In this document: positions 14,523-21,299 of the stretch, in pieces
Layout of the letters: the number at the start of each line of letters is the position of its first letter
How positions within the stretch are numbered: the first letter of the stretch is position 1
The notes under the pieces: generated by a model
What the model saw: the letters and a program-made list of their open reading frames with translations, nothing else
Databases searched by the model: none
What the model was told of the DNA's origin: nothing
Assembly (NCBI RefSeq): GCF_000189295.2
Contig: NC_016803.1
Coordinates: 2,010,001-2,042,000, forward strand
DNA from: Pseudodesulfovibrio mercurii
GTDB lineage: Bacteria; Desulfobacterota; Desulfovibrionia; Desulfovibrionales; Desulfovibrionaceae
Length of the DNA: 32,000 nucleotides
Direction: 5' to 3'
Position numbers and translations under genes: made by a program

Positions 14523-14720
14523 ATGAGAGTAAAACCGGTGGAAATGGTGCTGAGTGCCGCGATGATAGTAACAAGCCTGCTGAGCATAACGAATGATTAT
14601 TCCTACTTTAAGGGATTTCCCGTATACTCCTGGGTTGAATACATTATTCTGGGGGGAGGTGTGTTGATCCCCGTCCTGGCTTGGTTCCTCCGGTCACCAA
14701 CTCGGAATAAACAAAAATAA
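14523..14720 (+). CDS. Small 2-TM membrane protein, putative immunity protein for CT2
   Basis: 65 aa from ATG 14523, 2 nt after the CT2 stop (the track uses GTG 14517). It reads MRVKPVEMVLSAAMIVTSLLSI...WVEYIILGGGVLIPVLAWFLRSP. It is a paralogue of the ORF at 15352-15555, sharing the MRVK start and the P.LAW(F/Y)LR.P motif. Confidence 0.55.
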   Translation: MRVKPVEMVLSAAMIVTSLLSITNDYSYFKGFPVYSWVEYIILGGGVLIPVLAWFLRSPTRNKQK

Positions 14721-14726
14721 CGGTAG

Positions 14727-14764
14727 GAAACGCCCTGGGAACCATATTTCCAGGGCGTTTCTTC
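14727..14764 (+). terminator. Stem-loop / weak terminator closing cassette 2
   Basis: GAAACGCCCTGG-gaaccatattt-CCAGGGCGTTTC forms a 12 bp stem followed by TTC. The T-tract is only partial. Confidence 0.5.
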
Positions 14765-14770
14765 ACCCCT

Positions 14771-14932
14771 ATCGGCTTCGCGGGCGGCCTGCACGACCGG
14801 GACCTGGGCTTCGTCCGCTTCGGCTGGCGGGATTACGACGTCAGGACCGGCAAATGGTCCGCGCCGGACCCCATCGGGGACAAGGGCGGCGACCCGGACT
14901 GGTACGGGTATTGTCTGGACGACCCGGTGAAC
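14771..14932 (+). repeat. Core-tip direct repeat, copy 3 (5'-shortened)
   Basis: 162 bp matching 12940-13101 and 13930-14091. Similarity to cassette 2 continues to 15222 (cassette 2 coordinate 14381). Confidence 0.9.
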
Positions 14933-15355
14933 GGGGTTGATCCGGCGGGGTTGGAAGGCGGATTTTGGGATGGCGTGAAGAAAATCGAAGCGGGCTTCGG
15001 CAAGCTGTGGGACAAGGCCCCGGCCGGTATCGGTGAGGCCGTTACCAAGGGCGTGAAGGGGGCTGGCAAGGCATTGAGCAAAACGGCGGACGCCTTTGCC
15101 ACCAACAAGGATTTGCAAAAATATACGGCGATCGCCTTAGGTGCGGGGGCTCTCCCCATCGTGGCGGCGACAGGCTCGGCAGTGGTGCCGGCGGCCATCG
15201 GAGCCGCCATGCAGCATCCGGAAAGATTGGCTGTCGCGTCCAAGGCGGCAACTGATTTTGCAACCGGAGCGTTCGACCCAGGGCCTCCGCCGATGACCAA
15301 GGCGGGTATAGCCGGATACGCCGTGAACAAGGCCTATGAGTGGAGTAAACAATGA
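14771..15355 (+). CDS. Second orphan Rhs core-tip fragment fused to CT3 (chimeric relative of CT2); no start codon upstream of the homology
   Basis: The frame is open from 14711 with no ATG or GTG before IGFAGGLHDRDLGFVRFGWRDYDVRTGKWSAPDPIGDKGGDPDWYGYCLDDPVNGVDPAGL. The tail is 14954-15352. The track's start at 14927 is the Val codon of DPVNG. Confidence 0.7.
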   Translation: MGFAGGLHDRDLGFVRFGWRDYDVRTGKWSAPDPIGDKGGDPDWYGYCLDDPVNGVDPAGLEGGFWDGVKKIEAGFGKLWDKAPAGIGEAVTKGVKGAGKALSKTADAFATNKDLQKYTAIALGAGALPIVAATGSAVVPAAIGAAMQHPERLAVASKAATDFATGAFDPGPPPMTKAGIAGYAVNKAYEWSKQ

Positions 15356-15555
15356 GAGTGAAATTGTCTGAAATTCTGTTGGGGGAATTGCTTGTCGGAG
15401 TCGGTGCGTTGGAAATAGGCGCAGGCAAGGCTGGTGTATATGGCTACCCCCAACCCTTGTGGACGGCCTATCTCCTTGTCGCCATCGGCGTCGCACTCCC
15501 TTTGGTTGCTTGGTATTTGCGGCGGCCGCAGAAAGATGAGGACCAGACGGTTTAA
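15352..15555 (+). CDS. Small 2-TM membrane protein, putative immunity protein for CT3
   Basis: 67 aa. Its ATG overlaps the CT3 stop (ATGA). It reads MRVKLSEILLGELLVGVGALEIGAG...LWTAYLLVAIGVALPLVAWYLRRP. Confidence 0.55.
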   Translation: MRVKLSEILLGELLVGVGALEIGAGKAGVYGYPQPLWTAYLLVAIGVALPLVAWYLRRPQKDEDQTV

Positions 15556-15637
15556 CTGTTGGGCCACCCATTTGCCAAGGAATGGCCAGGTATTACCCGG
15601 CGGCAGAACGACGGCCCGGTCCAGGCTCGCCGCCCCG

Positions 15638-15677
15638 AAAAAACAACGCCCCCGTCCCGATGATTCGGGGCGGGGGC
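15638..15677 (-). terminator. Rho-independent terminator of rng
   Basis: The minus strand reads GCCCCCGCCCCG-aatcat-CGGGACGGGGGC followed by GTTGTTTTTTC, 25 nt after the rng stop. Confidence 0.7.
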
Positions 15678-15700
15678 ATTCGTTGCTTGTCCGGGGACGG

Positions 15701-17167
15701 CTACTCGTCGTATTCGTACTCGATGTCGATGTGGATGGTCTTTTCGTAGCGCTTTTCCAGGTCCGCGAGGATGCCGCGCTTGTTGTTCAGCAGGTAGATG
15801 GCCAGTTCCTCCTCGCAGTCGTACTGGACCTCGTCGGAGCCGGGCTTGCGCAGGTCGCGGTGGATGTCCTTGAGGGCCTGGAGGGCCTGCCATTCCATGT
15901 TCCGGCGGATGCCCGTGCCCTTGCAGCAGGGGCAGGGCTCGGTGGAGATGGCGATGGCCGAGGAGCCCAGCCGCTGGCGGACCAGCTCCATGAGCCCGAA
16001 GGAGGAGATGCGCGAGACGTCGGTCCGGGCGCGGTCGTTCTTCATTTCCGCGCGCATGACCTTCTCCACCTCGCGGCAGTCCTTGGGGTTCTTCATCTCG
16101 ATGAAGTCGATGACCACCTGGCCGCCGATGTCGCGCAGCCGCAGCTGGCGGGCGATCTCGCGGGCGGCCTCCACGTTGGTCTTGAGCGCCATCTTCTGGA
16201 AATTCTTCTCGCCGCCGATCTTGCCGGAGTTGATGTCCACGGCGGTCAGGGCCTCGGTGGCGTCGAAGACCAGCCGCCCGCCCGAGGGCATGGACGCCTC
16301 GCGGGAGTAGATCTCCTCCACCTGCTTGACCAGGTTGAACCGCTCCAGCAGGGACAGCTCGTTGTCCTCGTGCAGCCGGACCAGGTTGTTCTTGCGCGGG
16401 AAGGCCAGCTTGACGAACTGGTGGACCTGCTCATAGGTCTCCTTGTCGTCCACCCAGATCTCGGTGATGTCCAGGGTCAGGTAGTCGCGCACGGCCCGGG
16501 CGGCCAGGCCGAGCTCCTGGTAGACCGGCGCCGGGGCCTTGACCTTCTGGGCGTTGGCCCGGATGTCGGTCCACAGCCGGTTCAGGTACTTGAAGTCGCG
16601 CTCCAGGGCGGCCTTGGACTGGCCCACGGCCGCGGTGCGGGCGATGAGCCCCACGCCCTCGGCGGTCTCGAACCCCTCCAGGGCGGTCTTGAGGCGATCC
16701 CGCTCCTTCTCGTCCTCGATCTTGCGCGAGACCCCGATCTGGCTGCGGCCCACGGTGTAGACGAAGCAGCGGCCGGGCAGGGAGAGGTAGGAGGTCAGGA
16801 ACGCGCCCTTCTTGCCTGTGGGTTCCTTGACCACCTGGACCAGGACCTCCTGGCCGGGCTTGAGCACCTTCTGCATGAGCGGGAAGCGCTGGCCCTTCTT
16901 GGTGGGCACCTCGTTGATGTAGTATTCGGGGTGGACCTCGTCGATCTGCAGAAAGCCGTTGCGCTCGGCCCCGTAGTTGATGAACGCGGCCTGCAACCCG
17001 TTGTCGATGTTGTGGATGTAGCCCTTGTAGATGTTGCCCTTGGTCTTGGCCTGGTGGACCATCTCAACGTAATACTCGTTGACCTTGCCCTCCTCGGCGA
17101 TGACGACCTCGACCTGTTCTCCCGGCAGCACGGAGATGAACATCTTCTGCCGTTTCTTCTTGGTCAT
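15701..17167 (-). CDS. rng: Ribonuclease G (RNase E/G family)
   Basis: I take the start at the internal ATG (comp. 17165-17167), giving MTKKKRQKMFISVLPGEQVEVVIAEEG... The S1 domain is GNIYKGYIHNIDNGLQAAFINYGAERNGFL and the catalytic region is ..AVDINSGK...IGGQVVIDFIEM... At 488 aa it fits Rng rather than Rne. Confidence 0.9.
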   Translation of the reverse strand: MTKKKRQKMFISVLPGEQVEVVIAEEGKVNEYYVEMVHQAKTKGNIYKGYIHNIDNGLQAAFINYGAERNGFLQIDEVHPEYYINEVPTKKGQRFPLMQKVLKPGQEVLVQVVKEPTGKKGAFLTSYLSLPGRCFVYTVGRSQIGVSRKIEDEKERDRLKTALEGFETAEGVGLIARTAAVGQSKAALERDFKYLNRLWTDIRANAQKVKAPAPVYQELGLAARAVRDYLTLDITEIWVDDKETYEQVHQFVKLAFPRKNNLVRLHEDNELSLLERFNLVKQVEEIYSREASMPSGGRLVFDATEALTAVDINSGKIGGEKNFQKMALKTNVEAAREIARQLRLRDIGGQVVIDFIEMKNPKDCREVEKVMRAEMKNDRARTDVSRISSFGLMELVRQRLGSSAIAISTEPCPCCKGTGIRRNMEWQALQALKDIHRDLRKPGSDEVQYDCEEELAIYLLNNKRGILADLEKRYEKTIHIDIEYEYDE

Positions 17168-17213
17168 GGAAACCTCTTGACGAGAAATGTGTGCGTCTGA
17201 TCCCGGCGCGCCC

Positions 17214-18167
17214 TCAGTCTTCGATGACATGGCCCGTTCCGTGGTAAAATGTCTCCCCCCGGTCATCCCGGCGGGTCACTTCGCCCATTTTTTCGAGGGC
17301 TTCCACGGCCTGGCGAACCCTCTCGAGGTCCGCGCCCAGGGCCTGGGCCAGCTGTTCGGCGGTCTGGGGCCTGCGGCTCAGGGAGGCGGTCACGGCAGCG
17401 GTCATCCGCTCCAGGCTCATCTCCTTGCCCGCATGGGCCCGCCGCCCGTCCGGGCGGGTCTCCCCGCCTCCGAGCGCCAGGCGCCAACGGCTTAAAACCT
17501 CCCCGTCCACGGGGCGGACCCCCTTGACCGTGCCGGGACGGGTCAGCGTGACCACGTCCACCCGGTCGGGGGCAAGCCGTTGGCAGAAAATCCGTAGCCT
17601 GCCGAGGTTCTCGTCGGAATCGTTAATTCCTTCGGCAAGCAAAATTTCCAAAAATATCTTTCCCTTGAATTCATTCCTGAAGGCAAGGAGCCCGTCGGCC
17701 ACGGCCTCGGGCGTGATGGCCTCGTCCGGCCGGTTCACCCTGGTGAATTCCTCGGGCACCAGGGAGTCCATGCTGGGCAGGACCACGTCGGCGGCGCACA
17801 GTTCGCGCCGCACCTCGGGGTCGGTCATCAGGCTGGCGTTGGTCAGCACGGCCACGGGGATCCCCGGAAAGAGCGCCTTGGCCCCGAGGATGATCCGCTC
17901 CATGTCCGCGTTCAGGCACGGTTCGCCCAGGCCGCCGAGGGTGATCATGTCCGGCGGCTCCAGCCCTTCCTCCTTCCACTGGGACAGTTCCCGGAGGATG
18001 TCGGCCGCCGGAACGTAGACCCTGCGCTCGCAGGTCCGGTTCCTGGTGGCGCCCACCTCGCAGTAGACGCAGTCCATGGAACAGATGCGGTCGCCGAGCA
18101 GGTCGAGTCCGAGGGAGCGGCCGAGCCGCCCGCTCATGACCGGGCCGAAGACGTATTTGTATGCCAT
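17214..18167 (-). CDS. Radical SAM protein with C-terminal winged-helix-like domain
   Basis: The start is taken at MAYKYVFGPVMSGRLGRSLG. CSMDCVYC is the CX3CX2C cluster motif. The tail is ..TAEQLAQALGADLERVRQAVEALEKMGEV. The longer track start at 18260 is possible but has no better signal. Confidence 0.8.
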   Translation of the reverse strand: MAYKYVFGPVMSGRLGRSLGLDLLGDRICSMDCVYCEVGATRNRTCERRVYVPAADILRELSQWKEEGLEPPDMITLGGLGEPCLNADMERIILGAKALFPGIPVAVLTNASLMTDPEVRRELCAADVVLPSMDSLVPEEFTRVNRPDEAITPEAVADGLLAFRNEFKGKIFLEILLAEGINDSDENLGRLRIFCQRLAPDRVDVVTLTRPGTVKGVRPVDGEVLSRWRLALGGGETRPDGRRAHAGKEMSLERMTAAVTASLSRRPQTAEQLAQALGADLERVRQAVEALEKMGEVTRRDDRGETFYHGTGHVIED

Positions 18168-18341
18168 GTCCTGTCGCGTTCCTTGGAAGGAGTCCTTAAC
18201 CCTTGCCAGCTTATTAAGTACCCGTGCCGTTCTGTCAAGTTCGGGGGACAGTTTCGGCAAAACGGGGAATTAATAATTGGACCACGGGAACGGCCGGGAT
18301 AGGGTGTAACAGAGCCCCCCCTGGTCCCGGAGGAACCGTTC

Positions 18342-20183
18342 GTGCTGGAAATCACCCTGGAAATTCTGAGATTCTGCGTCCTCTCCGTGGCGCTCGGCCT
18401 GTTCATCCACGCCGACCGGACCGTGACCTACGGCCGCCGGGGCTTCCTGCTGATCAAGATCGGCTTCCTGCTCATCCTCTTCGGCATCTTCATGGAAATC
18501 ACCAACAAGCTCGACATCCCGGGCTGGGCCATGGTCGGCGACGTGCACCTGCACATCTACCTGGCCAAGCTCCTGGGCCAGTTGGCCGGATCGATCCTGC
18601 TCCTGGCCGGGCTGTGGTTCTGGCTGCCGTCCATCCGGACCATGGACGAGGTCCGGGATGAGCTGGACCGGGCCCGGAGCGACCTGGAGGAGCACTTCCT
18701 GGCCCGGACCCGCGACCTCGAGCAGGAGGTGGACCGGCGGTGCAAGGCCGAGGCCGAGGGGCGCATCGCGGACGAGCGCCGCCGCATCCTGTTCGAGAAC
18801 AGCCCGGTGGGCATCACCCACGGCTTCGTGGGCGGCCGGTTCGTGGAGCGCAACAAGGCCTACGCCCGCATGCTCGGCTACGACTCCCCCGAGGAGATGG
18901 CCCAGGCCCAGGCCCTGGCGGGCGACACCTTCTCCCACATGGTGGACCCGGCCGACGAGGAGCGCATCGTCAACCTGGCCCGGACCGAGGACGCGGTCCA
19001 GGGGCTGACCGTGCGCATGCGCCGCAAGGACGGGGCCATCCGCTGGATCCGCCTGGACATGGCCATGGCCCGGGACCACCACGGCCAGAACTACTATTTC
19101 TACGCCTTTGCCCTGGACAAGACCGAGAGCCGCGAGCGCGCCGAGGCCCTGGCCCGGTCCAAGCGCCGCCTCAAGGGCATCCTCCACTCCCTGCCCGTGG
19201 GCGTCTTCGTGGTCGATCTCAAACGGCACACCCTGGTTGACGCCAACCCCGAGGCCCTGGCCATGAGCGGCCACACCCGGCAGGAGCTGGTGGGCCAGCC
19301 CTGCGGCGACATCCTGTGCGGGGACACCGACTTATGTCCCTGGCGGACCGAGGATGGCCACGTGGAAGTGGAGGAGAGCTTCCTGGTCCGCAAGGACGGC
19401 ACCCGGCTGCCGGTGCTCAAGAACATGGTCTCCACCGTGGTGGACGGCCGCGAGAGCATGGTGGTCAGCGTCCAGGACATCTCCGAACAGAAACGGCTCG
19501 AAGAGCTGCGCGCGGACGTGGACCGCATCGTGACCCATGACCTCAAGGCGCCGATCATCGGCGTCATCGACGGCTGCCGCCTGCTGCTCATGGAGGAGGA
19601 GCGCCTGGACGGCGAACTGAGCGAGATGCTGCACCTCATCGAGCACCAGGCGGAAAAGGCCCTGCGCCTGATCGGCCTGTCCCTGACCCTGTACCGCATC
19701 GAGGCCGGGACCTACGCCTACGAGCCCGAGCCCACGGACCTCATGGCCGTGATCCGCGAGGCCCTGGGCAACCTGGGCGGCCGGATCGCGGACCGGGGCC
19801 AGACCGTGGCCGTGAGCCTCGACGGCCGCCCGGACGACGGGCGGGACGCCCTGGTGGTGCCCGCCAACCCCCTGCTCCTGGAGACCATGGTCTCCAACCT
19901 GCTGCTCAACGCCGTGGAGGCCGCCCCGGACGGGGGCGCGATCTCGGTGCGCGTCGCCCCGGGCGACCCGACCGTCCTGGTCATCGCCAATCCGGGGGCC
20001 GTGCCCGGGTCCCTGCGCGAGACCTTCTTCGACAAGTACGCCACCCACGGCAAACAGGGCGGCACGGGCCTGGGGACCTATTCGGCCCGGCTGGCGGCCA
20101 CGGCCATGGGCGGGGCCATCGCCCTCGAGGTCTCCGACGCCGAGGACCGGACCACCCTGCGCGTGACCCTGCCCGGCGCGTGA
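18342..20183 (+). CDS. Membrane-bound PAS sensor histidine kinase
   Basis: GTG start with GGAGGA 7 nt upstream. It has about 4 N-terminal TM segments and two PAS-like regions (ILFENSPVGITHG.., LHSLPVGVFVVDL..). The H-box is IVTHDLKAPI and the ATPase boxes are LLLNAVEAAP and GGTGLGTYSARL. Confidence 0.9.
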   Translation: MLEITLEILRFCVLSVALGLFIHADRTVTYGRRGFLLIKIGFLLILFGIFMEITNKLDIPGWAMVGDVHLHIYLAKLLGQLAGSILLLAGLWFWLPSIRTMDEVRDELDRARSDLEEHFLARTRDLEQEVDRRCKAEAEGRIADERRRILFENSPVGITHGFVGGRFVERNKAYARMLGYDSPEEMAQAQALAGDTFSHMVDPADEERIVNLARTEDAVQGLTVRMRRKDGAIRWIRLDMAMARDHHGQNYYFYAFALDKTESRERAEALARSKRRLKGILHSLPVGVFVVDLKRHTLVDANPEALAMSGHTRQELVGQPCGDILCGDTDLCPWRTEDGHVEVEESFLVRKDGTRLPVLKNMVSTVVDGRESMVVSVQDISEQKRLEELRADVDRIVTHDLKAPIIGVIDGCRLLLMEEERLDGELSEMLHLIEHQAEKALRLIGLSLTLYRIEAGTYAYEPEPTDLMAVIREALGNLGGRIADRGQTVAVSLDGRPDDGRDALVVPANPLLLETMVSNLLLNAVEAAPDGGAISVRVAPGDPTVLVIANPGAVPGSLRETFFDKYATHGKQGGTGLGTYSARLAATAMGGAIALEVSDAEDRTTLRVTLPGA

Positions 20184-20253
20184 GCCCCTTTTCCTTGACT
20201 TCCGGCCTTGCGGACCGTACTCAGGGCCATCGCTTTCAGGAGGCCTGACAACC

Positions 20254-21135
20254 ATGATCGAACCCGGACAGCTCATTCTGCTCATCAGCCACAAGGGCAA
20301 GCGCTACCTGCGCAAACTCGAGGCCGGCGGCGAGGTCCACACCCATGACGGCAAGCTGCTCATGGACGAGGTGGCCGAGGCCGGCTTCGGCCAGTACGTC
20401 AAGACCCACCTGGGCAAGTCGTACCTGGTGCTCAAGCCCACCCTGCACGACCTGATCAAGGGGGTGAAGCGCCAGACCCAAATCATGTACCCCAAGGAAA
20501 TCGGCTACCTGATGATGAAGCTGGGCATCGGCCCCGGCTCCACGGTCATCGAGTCCGGCACGGGCTCGGGCGGCCTGACCACGGCGCTCGCCTGGTTCGT
20601 GGGCGACACCGGCAAGGTCATCACCTATGAGCGGCGCGCCGACTTCTACAAGCTGGCGGGCAAGAACCTGGAGCGCGTCGGGCTGGCCCACCGCGTGGAG
20701 CAGGTCAACCGGAACATCGAGGACGGCTTCCTGCACTCGGGCGCGGACGCCCTGTTCCTGGACGTGCGCACCCCCTGGGAATACCTCGGCGCCATCCCCG
20801 ACGCGGTCATCCCCGGCGCCATGTGCGGCTTCCTGCTGCCCACGGTCAACCAGGTGTCCGACCTGCTGCGCGGCCTGGAGGACGGCCCCTTCGCCGAGCT
20901 GGAGGTCCTGGAGATCCTGGTCCGCCGCTGGAAGCCCGTGGCCGACCGGCTGCGTCCGGACGACCGCATGGTCGCCCACACCGGCTTCCTGGTCTTCGCC
21001 CGGTACATGGAGCAGCCCGAGGTCCAGCCCCTGCCCGGGGACGAGCCCGAGGGCATCCCGGACAGCGCCCTGTCCGACGAGGACCCGGACGACGCCCCCG
21101 TGACGGAGGACGACCCCGACGCCCTCGAGGTCTAG
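20254..21135 (+). CDS. trmI: tRNA (adenine-N1)-methyltransferase, TrmI/Gcd14 family
   Basis: 293 aa. RQTQIMYPKEIGYLMMKLGIGPGSTVIESGTGSGGLTTALA is the SAM-binding motif in its TrmI context. CAGGAGG lies upstream. Confidence 0.88.
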   Translation: MIEPGQLILLISHKGKRYLRKLEAGGEVHTHDGKLLMDEVAEAGFGQYVKTHLGKSYLVLKPTLHDLIKGVKRQTQIMYPKEIGYLMMKLGIGPGSTVIESGTGSGGLTTALAWFVGDTGKVITYERRADFYKLAGKNLERVGLAHRVEQVNRNIEDGFLHSGADALFLDVRTPWEYLGAIPDAVIPGAMCGFLLPTVNQVSDLLRGLEDGPFAELEVLEILVRRWKPVADRLRPDDRMVAHTGFLVFARYMEQPEVQPLPGDEPEGIPDSALSDEDPDDAPVTEDDPDALEV

Positions 21136-21148
21136 CCCCGACATTTCA

Positions 21149-21180
21149 AGGCCCGCTCCCCGCAGCGGGCCTTTTTCTTC
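21149..21180 (+). terminator. Rho-independent terminator after trmI
   Basis: AGGCCCGC-tccccgca-GCGGGCCT followed by TTTTCTTC. Confidence 0.75.
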
Positions 21181-21299
21181 CGCCCCGCCGGGCGGGAACC
21201 CGCGCCCCGTGCGCCCCCGGCCCTCCCCTCCCGACGGGCCCGCCGTTTGTAACAAATAATGTTGCCCGCCCCGGCTCGACAACGGCGGCGCGAAGCAGT

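Noticed and set aside
12912-14932. Regularly spaced repeats, checked for being a CRISPR array
   Set aside because: The repeats are 160-190 bp, lie in frame within coding sequence, are spaced about 850-990 bp apart and are only about 96 percent identical. They are coding direct repeats of the Rhs core tip, not CRISPR repeats. No cas genes are present.
11705-15700. Search for integrase, transposase, IS ends or flanking target-site duplications that would make the Rhs segment a mobile element
   Set aside because: No such ORF appears in any frame and no terminal repeats were found, so it is not called a mobile_element.
15434-17200. 588-aa plus-strand ORF antisense to rng
   Set aside because: Same reasoning as above. 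It also begins inside the last small 2-TM ORF and crosses the rng terminator.
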